Notes: generated by a model not told the origin, from the letters alone. Counted from the whole stretch's first letter, positions 12,385 through 23,647 are shown. The stretch is 63,975 nt of DNA, filler included, from Octopus bimaculoides (GCF_001194135.2; 6 parts of 6 records of this genome joined end to end with filler, not necessarily neighbours in it), one strand, 5' to 3'. Numbers and translations are program-made.

Positions 12385-12620
12385 TTGGGTTGGTGCATAA
12401 TAATTGCGGCTTTTTTTCAACAAATTTTATTCAACAAAAACATCTTTAAATGACGGTCTGACCGTCTCCCAAGCAAATGGGAAGCAGTAATTGAAGTAGA
12501 TGGGGAATATGCTCCGGAATAATCATTTAAAGATGTTTTTGTTACATGTTATTTATTTATTTATTTTTATTTTATTATTTTTTTTTTAATAAAAGCAGCA
12601 ATAATTATGCACCAACCTAA
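12385..12620 (+). mobile_element. mariner-derived MITE (Hsmar1/MADE-like TIRs)
   Basis: TA then TTGGGTTGGTGCATAATAATTGCGGC ... GCAGCAATAATTATGCACCAACCTAA; retains transposase C-terminal remnant RLPSKWEAVIEVDGEYAPE*. Confidence 0.8.
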
Positions 12621-12837
12621 TGTATATATGATATATACCACTTCTGAAGTTCCACTCTCTATGAAACATATGTAATCTGGATCTTATCGACTCCATTCCT
12701 TAACTCTTGAATTCTTATTCGCACACACGGCAACCCTGGTCCCCTACCGTGAAATATAAAAAGAACTTTTTTCAGTTTATTTTAGATACTATGGATTGCT
12801 TGAAGCTAACCTTCTTCCTACACCTCGATTCCTGTTC

Positions 12838-12970
12838 AAATTTATAGAAAACAAAAGATGAAGGCAGGTGAAGGAACAACAAGCAGGTGTATTAGTTTAG
12901 CACTTGGGAAGAATGGAAAAGTCTTTGACGTTTCAAGCCTATGCTCTTCGACAGACGGGATTGAGAAGGA
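12838..12970 (-). mobile_element. Penelope-type terminal-repeat remnant with degenerate minimal hammerhead motif (12921-12958)
   Basis: minus strand CTGTCGA-A-GAGC-ATAG-GCTT-GAAACGTC-AAAGAC; palindromic ACGT stem III as in PLE hammerheads; core mutated. Confidence 0.5.
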
Positions 12971-13059
12971 AAAAAAAGAGGAGAGAAAAATGTGTAGGGA
13001 TCAACGGTCCAACATGATGAAATTGCCAGAAGCTGTGTGTGTGTGTATGTGTGTGAGAT

Positions 13060-13265
13060 CATCATTGTTTAACGTCCTCTTTCTATGCTGGCATGGGTTG
13101 GATGGTTTGACAGGAGCTGGCCAGGCAGGAGCCTGTGCCGTGCTTCTGAGTGTGTTTTGTCATGGTTTTTACAGCTGGATACCCTTCCAAATACCAACCA
13201 CTTTATCGTGTGGACTGGCTGTATTTTTAAGTGGCACCTGCACTGGCAGGGGCCACCAAGTGACT
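13060..13265 (-). mobile_element. SINE family A copy
   Basis: CATCATTGTTTAACGTCC...ATGCTGGCATGGGTTGGATGGTTTGACAGG...GGATACCCTTCC. Confidence 0.8.
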
Positions 13266-13334
13266 TTGCAAGACAAAGTGTCTTTGAGAGGGGAATGGGG
13301 CATTGGAGGAGGTGATCTTGTGTCAGATGATTAA

Positions 13335-13560
13335 AGGTTAGAGACAGAAACAGGTATCTTGCTGTGGAGGAGATCCATGGTTCCCCAGCCAGACAGAGAG
13401 AGTGAGAGTTAACAAGAGGTGTGGTTCTGTAAAGGAGATACATGGTTATCTGGCCAGAGGTAAGGGCAAAGGAAGTGGTGAGAGAGAGTGATCAACATTG
13501 AGGGCAGAAACAGGCTTGTTGCTGTGAGGGAGCTACATGATTACTCAGCTATAGGGGAGA
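13335..13560. repeat. Three degenerate ~70-85-bp tandem units next to a SINE A copy
   Basis: recurring (CAGAAACAGG)...TGCTGTG(G/A)(A/G)GGAG(A/C)T(A/C)CATG(G/A)TT motif. Confidence 0.5.
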
Positions 13561-13805
13561 GCAAGGGAGAGAGAGAGAGATTTGGAGAGAGGAAGAGTAG
13601 GAAAGAGAGAGAGTAAGAGACAGCAAGAGAAGGAGAGAGATGGTGGCAAGTGCCAGGGTATACTTGCAAGGAATGGGGATCAGGGCGTAGCGTAAGGAAG
13701 AGCGAGACAAATTGTGGCAGGTGCTGGCAGGATATTGCCAAGGAGTCATGAGTCAGGAGTGGGGGTGAGGGAATGCAATGACTGGTGAGAATCTGGGTAT
13801 GTGTG

Positions 13806-14075
13806 TCTTGTTTCAGACATTGGACTCTAGCCATACTGCAGCACTGTCTTGAAGGGTTTAGTTGAAGAAGTCGACCACAGGACTGATTTTTAAGTCTGGT
13901 GCTTATATTGGTGTGTTTTGCCCAACTGCTAAGTTACGGAGATGGTGGGAGATGAACACAAACAGACACTCAGAAACACATACACACAAACACATACACA
14001 CATATAGAATGGGTTTCCATACAGTTTCCATCTCTCAAATCTACTCACAAGGCATTGGTTGCCCAGGGAGCAGTT
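13806..14075 (-). mobile_element. SINE family C copy
   Basis: antisense tail, (CA)n and CAGTTTCCATCTCTCAAATCTACTCACAAGGCATTGG. Confidence 0.75.
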
Positions 14076-15776
14076 GTAGAATGAGAACAGTGTCCCCTCT
14101 CCCCCACCCTGTGGATCAAACAAAGGGTTAGGTTCGAAATTCCAATAAAACAATTGAGTTCAACATTAGACACCTGAAGGAGGCCGGAAAGAACAACAGC
14201 TGAAACAGTGCAATTGCTTTTGCTCAGTTTGCCTTGTTTCATCTTTTGTCACAGCATCCACAAACCAGACACGATTTTTCACTTCCAATAATGAAGAGAA
14301 ATTGTCATGTTTTTTTCTGTACCTGCCAGCTCTTAAGAGCACATGGCGTTACTTAACTGTATCATTATTTAACATCCATTTTGATACCTGTGTGAAACCA
14401 ATTTTACACAGAATAGGGGAGGTGGAAGTTGTATGTCATAACACAATTGGATGGTCATTGCTGGAGCACTCATTTCCTAAAATATCAGACTAGGAGAAAT
14501 TTTGATATTTTATATAAAAATGAAAGTGCAAAAGGATATTTTTTTTGTTAAGTGTGTGTGTTTTGGGTGGGTGGTTGGTGGATGGGNNNNNNNNNNNNNN
14601 NNNNNNNNNNNNNNNNNNNNNNNNNNNNNNNNNNNNNNNNNNNNNNNNNNNNNNNNNNNNNNNNNNNNNNNNNNNNNNNNNNNNNNNNNNNNNNNNNNNN
14701 NNNNNNNNNNNNNNNNNNNNNNNNNNNNNNNNNNNNNNNNNNNNNNNNNNNNNNNNNNNNNNNNNNNNNNNNNNNNNNNNNNNNNNNNNNNNNNNNNNNN
14801 NNNNNNNNNNNNNNNNNNNNNNNNNNNNNNNNNNNNNNNNNNNNNNNNNNNNNNNNNNNNNNNNNNNNNNNNNNNNNNNNNNNNNNNNNNNNNNNNNNNN
14901 NNNNNNNNNNNNNNNNNNNNNNNNNNNNNNNNNNNNNNNNNNNNNNNNNNNNNNNNNNNNNNNNNNNNNNNNNNNNNNNNNNNNNNNNNNNNNNNNNNNN
15001 NNNNNNNNNNNNNNNNNNNNNNNNNNNNNNNNNNNNNNNNNNNNNNNNNNNNNNNNNNNNNNNNNNNNNNNNNNNNNNNNNNNNNNNNNNNNNNNNNNNN
15101 NNNNNNNNNNNNNNNNNNNNNNNNNNNCAGAGGACAATACTCTCAAAGAAAATGGAAGCACCACAACTGCCGAGTGAAAATTAATGCTGATAGCCATGAA
15201 AAAGGGTTTTACAGCTGGAAAAGCCTTGACATCACAGAATGCCATGCAAGATGCCAACTGAATGAATTTATTGGAAAAGGAATGGAATTAGCAGTGTATC
15301 GTTTCAAAAAGTTTGAGACTTTCTAAGTATCAACTGATGTTTCCAACGATAAAGATGATCATTTATTTTTGTCTTATCTTTTTATAATAAAACCGACAAA
15401 AAACGGTGGGGGGGGAGGATAAAAACAAGGTGCATTGAAACAGTGGTTCCTTTAGTTGCTGGAGCTAATTTGAAGCCATGTTTTTTTGTTGACAAAGGAT
15501 GATGTCTCACCCAGTACAATGTGGGAATTAACCAAGTCACACAGGAAAGAAAGAGTGAAGGAAGCTAAAGGAATAGACTCCAAGTAATGACATTCTCACA
15601 CAAAGTCAACTATAACGCATAGGAAGAAGCAAATAAGACAGCAAGGAGCAGCATTTTAACATCAAATGAAGATTATATTGTTGATGAGATCATGGCTGAA
15701 GAAATAAACAGAAGAAAATGCTTCATCACATTCTCCAATACGGCTGAGAATTACAACAGCTTGTAGGTTACCTTAA

Positions 15777-15995
15777 CACTTTAGCATTTAGACCAACCAT
15801 ATCCGGCCAAAATATTGTACCTATTTTTTATGCTCAAACAGGCCAGATCTTGCCTCTCACACCTATCCTACAATGTCAGTCTAAAAAAAGAAACATTCAC
15901 ATCATTGAAATCTTGAAGCTACAAGATAATTCATGATTAATTCAAAACAATGTGAATCAATAAGCATTTGACAAAGTAATGTGATTGCTAAAGAG
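15777..15995. mobile_element. piggyBac-type MITE (219 bp)
   Basis: TTAA|CACTTTAGCATT ... ATTGCTAAAGAG|TTAA. Confidence 0.7.
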
Positions 15996-16210
15996 TTAAA
16001 AGCAAATGGAAACTGCAAATTCCACAGCTGAGTAAAGTAAGGTCTGACTCTCCTGGTTACAGATTAAGCTGAAGACTGCAAAGGAGCCAAATAAATCCTT
16101 TGGAACAATAAAGAAAATGTTCAATATCTTCAGTTCAAGTACACAGTTGTGAGAGATGCTTAAAAAAAAACCTCTTCCTGTCTCAACTCATACAATATCA
16201 TAGACAAGGA

Positions 16211-16850
16211 TCATCATCCTCATCATCGTCGTTTAACGTCCGCTTTCCATGCTGGTATGGGTTGGACGGTTTGACTGAGGACTGGTGAACTGGATGGCTG
16301 CACCAGGCTCCAATCTGATCTGGCAGAGTTTCTACAGCTGGATGCCCTCCCTAACGCCAACCACTCTGAGAGTGTAGTGGGTGCTTTTACGTGCCACTGG
16401 CACAAGGGCTAGTCAGGCAGTTCTGGCAACGACCATGCTCAAAAGGTATTTTTTATGTGCTGCCTGCATGGGAGCCACTCCAGTGGCACTGGAAACGACC
16501 ATGCTTGAATGTTGTTATTCACGTGCCACTGGCATATGTGCCGGTAAGGCGACACTGGCAGCAATCATGCTTGAATGGTGCTTTTCACGTGTAACCGGCA
16601 CGGGAGCCAATCCATGGCCCTGGCAATGATCACGCTCGGATGTGCTTATAACGTTCCACTGGCACGAGTGCCAATCAGGCGGAACTGTCATCAGCCATGT
16701 CAGCGATTTTGATTTGATTTCACTTGCCTCAATAGGTCTTCGCAAGCAAAGTTTATTGTCCAATGAATGAGGGGAACTCATAAGTGGGCTGGTTATACCC
16801 CACGCTTGGATGTGCTTTTAATGTTCCACTGGTACAAGTGTGCCAGACCA
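16211..16850 (-). mobile_element. SINE family A copy with 5-6 internal ~64-bp subunits
   Basis: CATCGTCGTTTAACGTCCGCTTTCCATGCTGG end; subunits start near 16380, 16445, 16511, 16578, 16642 and (partial) 16810. Confidence 0.8.
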
Positions 16851-16859
16851 ATTGCACAG

Positions 16860-17271
16860 CATTTTGGATAATTGAGAAAATGTGGCAGAACTGAGTGAAA
16901 TTAATAATTTCACAGCAGAATGGAAGTTGGGCAGTTTTTGAATATTTTGAGGAATTTTAAGTAGTTAAATGAAAAAGAATTGTTGGAAAATGTTAATCAG
17001 TTTCAGCTGTATTACTGAAGTGATCTTTCAAGTGGCATTCAAGGGAAAGTGCTGCTGCTTCAAAGAATTTTTATGTGGATTTCAAGCTTGATATTGTGTT
17101 GTCTAAGAAAATTGAGAATTGGTAATGCTGTCCCAAATGTTGAAATGATGACCATTTGTGAGTTGAAATTCTGAATACAGAAGGTAAAAGAACTTATTGT
17201 AATTAGAATAGCTTGATTGAAACATTGTGTGACAATGTAGTTAAAATTGTTTAAAAGCCTGCCAAATGTGT
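16860..17271 (+). mobile_element. Heavily decayed hAT transposase C-terminal remnant
   Basis: LNEKELLENVNQFQLYY, NAVPNVEMM and NVVKLFKSLPNV segments resemble the hAT dimerisation region; many stops. Confidence 0.35.
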
Positions 17272-17443
17272 NNNNNNNNNNNNNNNNNNNNNNNNNNNNN
17301 NNNNNNNNNNNNNNNNNNNNNNNNNNNNNNNNNNNNNNNNNNNNNNNNNNNNNNNNNNNNNNNNNNNNNNNNNNNNNNNNNNNNNNNNNNNNNNNNNNNN
17401 NNNNNNNNNNNNNNNNNNNNNNNNNNNNNNNNNNNNNNNNNNN

Positions 17444-17477
<34 letters not shown>

Positions 17478-18417
17478 ATGTGTGTGTGTGCATGTGTGTG
17501 TGTGCGCGTGTCTCTATCTGTGTGTGTGTGTTTGTTTCCCTCCACCACTTGACAGCTGGTGTGTTTACATTCCTGTAACTTAGTGGTTTGTCAAAACAAA
17601 TTGATAAAATAAGTACCAGGCTTAAAAAAAAATTATTACTAGGGTTAATTCATGTGACTAAAATTCTTCAAGGTGGTGCCCCAGCATGTCCATAAGTCTA
17701 ATGACTGAGATAAATAAAAGATAAAAGATTGATCATTGATTTCTTTTTAACAGAAAAGTCTACTTCAGCTTATATTCTTCATTGACTTGAATGCCAGAAA
17801 ATAAGGTACGATCTAAGTTCAAACCTTACAGAAGTTGAACTTGTTTCTTTATCCTTATGGGACAAAACTTGTAAGTTTGTGCAAATCTCAGAAAATGTGA
17901 TGGAAATTTACTATCTTTTCACATTACAACAATAATTCAGCTTTAATCTACAAGTAGATATTCAACTCATTGTACTTTAGAGACCAATCAAAAATTTCCA
18001 TTACAATTTATCAATAACATACATTTAGACACATGTGATTAGTTTTATAGAGACTTATCTGTAATGAGTAAATATTCTAAGTCTATTAATCACTTGCACT
18101 GCACTTTGTATCCAGTCTAATGATTGAGAAGATGAAGTGGAAATCACTAAATATAAGAAACAAGCTTTCAATCATGAGTGGCACTCCACTTGACATTTAC
18201 AACTGTTTTGAGTTCCTTATCTTCACTTCGATATTATATAACTCATACCTTATATAAGTAATACGAACTAAAAGCAAGGAATATTGGTCCGATGAAGCTG
18301 CTTATCCACAGGTGCTGGTACTAAGGTTAGGAGTGGCTAATAGATTCGGAACTGTACTTTTAATCAAGCACACTAACAGTGTGAAATACCTGTACACTGT
18401 AAACATACACTATAATA

Positions 18418-18574
18418 GGAGGTGCAATGGCCCAGTGGTTAAGGCAGTAGACTCGCAGTCATAGGATCGCAGTTTTGATTCCCACACTGGGCATTGTGAG
18501 TATTTATTGAGTGAAAACACTTAAAGCTTTACAAGGCTCCAGCAAGGGGTGGTGGCGAACCCTGCTGTACTCTT
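18418..18574 (+). mobile_element. SINE family E, 5' part (tRNA-derived head)
   Basis: GGAGGTGCAATGGCCCAGTGGTTAAGGCAGTAGACTC...GGCGAACCCTGCTGTACTCTT; matches the 18979-19322 copy. Confidence 0.85.
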
Positions 18575-18878
18575 GTGGTATGACGTCAGTGTCTGGGGAG
18601 GCTGACCGGAAGGGCGAGTCGACCGGAATGGGAAACAGGGCAGAGGGAGCCTCCATCGGCGTTCGTGCCCTTTTCGAACGGGGCTGCGGTCAGGACAAGA
18701 CGTGTTAAGCGACGGTCTAGGTTTGGGAAGGTTTGGGAGAAGCAGCTGCTATACCTGTTGTACCTTGGGTCGGGGCAAGCTTCGAGGATCGGATACCGCA
18801 AGACGGACTCGCAGTTGAGGAAAGGAAAACCGAGGTAAGGCGATTACATCTACTCGTATGCACACACCACAAGCTATT
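18575..18878 (-). other. GC/CpG-rich segment, possibly the 5' end of a non-LTR element
   Basis: much higher GC than flanks; minus frame PQPRSKRARTPMEAPSALFPIPVDSPFRSASPDTDVIP; abuts a truncated SINE and a gap. Confidence 0.3.
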
Positions 18879-18978
18879 NNNNNNNNNNNNNNNNNNNNNN
18901 NNNNNNNNNNNNNNNNNNNNNNTTAATTAATTAANNNNNNNNNNNNNNNNNNNNNNNNNNNNNNNNNNNNNNNNNNNN

Positions 18979-19322
18979 TGAGGGTTCCAGTTGATCCGAT
19001 CAACGGAACAGCCTGCTCGTGAAATTAACGTGCAAGTGGCTGAGCACTCCACAGACATGTGTACCCTTAACGTAGTTCTCGGGGATATTCAGCGTGACAC
19101 AGTGTGACAAGGCTGACCCTTTGAATTACAGGCACAACAGGAAGAGTGAGAGAAAGTTGTGGTGAAAGAGTACAGCAGGGTTCGCCACCATCCCCTGCCG
19201 GAGCCTCGTGGAGCTTTAGGTGTTTTCGCTCAATAAACACTCACAACGCCCGGTCTTGGAATCGAAACCGCGATCCTATGACCGCGAGTCCGCTGCCGTA
19301 ACCACTGGGCCATTGCGCCTCC
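18979..19322 (-). mobile_element. SINE family E, near full length
   Basis: minus strand GGAGGCGCAATGGCCCAGTGGTTACGGCAGCGGACTCGCGGTC (A box) and GGTTTCGATTCC (B box), then GCACGTTAATTTCACGAGC...ACTGGAACCCTC body. Confidence 0.9.
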
Positions 19323-19956
19323 ACCCATGACTGAATAGACTTATGATAAGAATGTTCCAGCCGTGACCAACCTATTTATACCAGGGACTACATTGTCAGT
19401 TATATCTTCCCTTTATTCAAGATGGCAGATTGTATTCGAGGGTATTTGGCTGCTATTTCACGCCGGTTTAAGAACAACGATGAGGCTCCCTGTACTCGGA
19501 AACACGCAATCGTATGCATGAATATCCACATGAGCATGTATGTATGCTCGAGCATTGCGTTTTACATTTAACTATTTGTTGTGATAGCATTCCTCAATTC
19601 ACACGCCCACCTCTTTATACACCCACACTTAACACACTTATGAATGAAACGTTTCTTTATCACATTGTTCCCAAAACTTAGTTCTAAAGGACTATACTAT
19701 CCGAAAGGAAGTTGATAGGTGTTTCACAAAGGAAATCTTAATATGCAAAAAAGGAAAAGAAAAAAAGAAAGAAAAATTAAACTTTAACACTACTATTGCT
19801 TTAACTTTGCTGAAATATAAAATAAAAGAGATATCAAATAAAACACTAGCTATTGCGTATGATTCGCGCCTGCATACTTTTACTGTTTTCATGAACAGAT
19901 ACCTGGCAAAAACTAATGTAATTTATGTAATCAGATAATAATAAGAATAAGAATTT

Positions 19957-20027
19957 GAACGTAAAGACAGACGAAATACCGATAAGAATTTCGCCCGGCG
20001 TGCAAACGATTCTGCCATCTCGCCGCC
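19957..20027 (-). mobile_element. SINE family B head fragment
   Basis: GACGAAATACCGATAAGAATTTCGCCCGGCGTGCAAACGATTCTGCCATCTCGCCGCC. Confidence 0.8.
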
Positions 20028-20029
20028 TT

Positions 20030-20048
20030 AATAATAATGATAACAATA

Positions 20049-20085
<37 letters not shown>

Positions 20086-20097
20086 CGACGACGGCGG

Positions 20098-20130
<33 letters not shown>

Positions 20131-20142
20131 TGATGATAACAA
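20030..20142. repeat. Compound (AAT)/(GAT)n/(GAC)n microsatellite
   Basis: direct reading. Confidence 0.95.
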
Positions 20143-20144
20143 CA

Positions 20145-20369
20145 GATGACAACGTTTCTCTAAAGAAATGGAGAAACTTTCAAAACACAAAGACTTGGAA
20201 ATAGAGGTAACTCGAATGTGAAGTCTAAAAACAGAAACAAACCTATCATAGTAGGCACATTAGATATGATAAAACATATTCAGACAAATACATAACAAAA
20301 ACACCAGGACTAACCAGTATATATAACATACAGAAAATAACACTATTAGACATCGCGCACATCCTACGT
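20145..20369 (+). mobile_element. R4/Dong-clade non-LTR retrotransposon, endonuclease C-terminus
   Basis: KEMEKLSKHKDLEIEVTRM*SLKTET, PIIVGTLDMIK and IYNIQKITLLDIAHILR; frameshifted. Confidence 0.75.
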
Positions 20370-21121
20370 NNNNNNNNNNNNNNNNNNNNNNNNNNNNNNN
20401 NNNNNNNNNNNNNNNNNNNNNNNNNNNNNNNNNNNNNNNNNNNNNNNNNNNNNNNNNNNNNNNNNNNNNNNNNNNNNNNNNNNNNNNNNNNNNNNNNNNN
20501 NNNNNNNNNNNNNNNNNNNNNNNNNNNNNNNNNNNNNNNNNNNNNNNNNNNNNNNNNNNNNNNNNNNNNNNNNNNNNNNNNNNNNNNNNNNNNNNNNNNN
20601 NNNNNNNNNNNNNNNNNNNNNNNNNNNNNNNNNNNNNNNNNNNNNNNNNNNNNNNNNNNNNNNNNNNNNNNNNNNNNNNNNNNNNNNNNNNNNNNNNNNN
20701 NNNNNNNNNNNNNNNNNNNNNNNNNNNNNNNNNNNNNNNNNNNNNNNNNNNNNNNNNNNNNNNNNNNNNNNNNNNNNNNNNNNNNNNNNNNNNNNNNNNN
20801 NNNNNNNNNNNNNNNNNNNNNNNNNNNNNNNNNNNNNNNNNNNNNNNNNNNNNNNNNNNNNNNNNNNNNNNNNNNNNNNNNNNNNNNNNNNNNNNNNNNN
20901 NNNNNNNNNNNNNNNNNNNNNNNNNNNNNNNNNNNNNNNNNNNNNNNNNNNNNNNNNNNNNNNNNNNNNNNNNNNNNNNNNNNNNNNNNNNNNNNNNNNN
21001 NNNNNNNNNNNNNNNNNNNNNNNNNNNNNNNNNNNNNNNNNNNNNNNNNNNNNNNNNNNNNNNNNNNNNNNNNNNNNNNNNNNNNNNNNNNNNNNNNNNN
21101 NNNNNNNNNNNNNNNNNNNNN

Positions 21122-21159
<38 letters not shown>

Positions 21160-21274
21160 AATTTATATTTATATGTATTATATTTATATATATATGTATT
21201 CATACATATGCATATATATACATATACATATATATACATATATACATACACACATACATACATGCATGCATACA

Positions 21275-21310
<36 letters not shown>

Positions 21311-21330
21311 CATGTGTGTGTGTGTGTGTG

Positions 21331-21370
<40 letters not shown>

Positions 21371-21394
21371 TATATGTATGTACATAACAAAAAT

Positions 21395-22140
21395 CTAAAC
21401 TACATAAATAAACTTTCTGATCACCCAAGATCATTACCAATGAACATATCAAAAGCATATCATTTAGAATATCCAGTTTATCCGCTAATAAGGACATTTT
21501 CAATAAGTTTGTTCGATATAACATTGTTGCATTACGTAGAAACAACTATAACAGACAAATCGAATACATTGCAAATACCAATTTCAAATCTCTCATCAAC
21601 AAAGATATAAATGAAAAAAAAAGCTAAGCCACTACACAAAGAGAACCACAGATGGGATACAGTGTAATTAAGCAACATAAGAAAGTAATTTTCCTAATTC
21701 TCAAAAGTGACTTAATAAGCATCCATAATAAGAGAAAAAAAAACAAACCAATCACAGTTAAACCAGAGACTCCCAACCCAAGAATTAACCAGTTGACGGA
21801 TAATAATGATATTAATGTAAATATAGTTCTCACAAAAATAAACAATAATCATACGAGCATCAATAATACAACAATTAACCAATCACTAAATACAACTAAA
21901 AACAAAATGAATACAACCAGAAAACATAAGGTAACATCGTTTAATCTCCCTATTCGCTGTTTGTTAAAACTAACATTCCGAAAATCTCTGATATCTTAAG
22001 AAAAGCTTTCATCCGCAACTCACATACCACTCGATATTCAACACATCTACAGTTAAATTTTCGTATTCAACTGCACCAAATCTAGCAAACAATATAGCAA
22101 CCGCTAACCATCAGAAAATATGATCTACCAAATCAACAGT
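21395..22140 (+). mobile_element. Penelope-like element, RT thumb/linker remnant
   Basis: YINKLSDHPRSLPMNISK, SSLSANKDIFN, KVTSFNLPYSLFVKTNI and NFSYSTAPNLANNI match the PLE FNPPYS..VKTNIG / SYS..PN motifs. Confidence 0.65.
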
Positions 22141-22371
22141 AGGGACTGATACTAATATTGATGCGACTGTTACTATCAATATTAATGCTGCTCAACCCGC
22201 TAATACCGCACTTTCTTCTGCAACTACTGCTGCAATTCCTACTGCTCTTACCACCTTTCCCATTGTTGCTACTCTCGATACTATGTCTGTCACCAATTCT
22301 ACTCAGAGTACAAGTGATGTTCTTTGTAATGGTGCTAGCAAACGGTCACAAACAATTTGATAAGCACACTA

Positions 22372-22373
<2 letters not shown>

Positions 22374-22428
<55 letters not shown>
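22374..22428. repeat. (AAT)n microsatellite
   Basis: direct reading. Confidence 0.97.
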
Positions 22429-22429
<1 letters not shown>

Positions 22430-22775
22430 ACCCAGAAATGCAGATTCTGTGGAAAGAGTGTGGAAAATGTGAGAGCCTTACACAGAAAGAATACAAGCGC
22501 TACCACGATAAAATATGTTTGTATCTTCATTGGCTCTTATGCTGTAAATACCAATATGAAGTAACAGAGAACTGGTATGAGCATGTACCAAGTAAATTAT
22601 GCAGGAGGATGGAAAAGTAACGATACACTGGGATTATGATTTTCAGATGGATCGTGTAATCGAACACCGTCGGCCGGATATGGTCATATTGAGTAAGAGA
22701 GACAAATACTGTCAGATCATTGATGTAGCCATACATGTGAGTAAAAAAAAAACAGAAAGGAGAAATTAATTCGAA
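22429..22775 (+). mobile_element. R4/Dong-clade fragment (zinc knuckle plus PD..D restriction-like endonuclease)
   Basis: KCRFCGKSVENV, LTQKEYKRYHDKICLYLHWLLC, WYEHVP and TIHWDYDFQMDRVIEHRRPDMVILSKRDKYCQIIDVAI. Confidence 0.85.
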
Positions 22776-23647
22776 GACTACCGATCCAATCCCTCACCGG
22801 AACTGTAAAAATATTTAAAACTTTCCAGAAGTTTATCATTTAAGTATATATGAGCATGTCTAGATATGCAACTATATGCACGAGAATGCATACATAAACC
22901 AAAACATACAATTCTGCATACATACATACATACATACATACAAAAATACCCTGTTGTTGATGTTGAAATTTCAATGAAAGAGCCCTTGGATCTAGGTTAG
23001 AAACCAGCTCTTTCTCTATTGGCAAGAGATCTTGAAATAAAACTGAACAATGACATACATACATACATACATACATACATACATACATACATACAAATGT
23101 GTAATGTTTGTTAGCCTGTGAGCATGTTTGTTTAGCAAAAGTATCGATGAATGCGTGCGTGCGATTGTGGCGATTGGTGGCACATATAGTTATAACTGTC
23201 ATCTAAACCATTGCAATAGCTTGTGGCTATGATGGTGGTAGGGACAGAAAACAATGTCTAGTTGCAACAAAGATGGTGAGAGAAGGCTTTGTCTGTGTGA
23301 GCAGGTCTTTAGCCTTGAGACTGGATGATGTAGGCTTAAAAGGATTTCTTTTTTTTTCTTTTGTGTGCCAGAAGAAGAAAAGTTCTATCGATGTGTCGAT
23401 TGAAAAAGTAGATCGCCGATTTTTCTGGAATTAGCTCTGTCTCTTTATATATTCCAAAGTAGCAAATGAGTTATTAGAGAGCTGTCACGAAAGGTTAAAT
23501 GGGACTAGATTTTCTGTCTTTATCTTGGATAAAGAATTAATCACAAGAACTATGGGAGAATTTAGCCGACATCCACTTTAAAAAAAAATATGACGTTTAG
23601 CAATCAATACATGGGCGATTGCATTATTGAGGTATGTTGCACGTAAT

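Noticed and set aside
14255-16130. Protein-looking open stretches (14255-14493, 15129-15326, 15622-15765, 16052-16127)
   Set aside because: No consistent strand or phase chain and no recognisable domain; cannot be called without RNA or homology data
16376-16710. Regularly spaced ~64-bp repeats resembling a CRISPR array
   Set aside because: The whole unit is degenerate with no invariant repeat plus unique spacer; it is embedded in a SINE, there are no cas genes, and the context is eukaryotic
19250-19322. tRNA-like sequences here and at 18418, 31583, 45564 and 60890
   Set aside because: They have A/B boxes but no closing acceptor stem and continue into repeated SINE bodies; they are SINE heads, not tRNA genes
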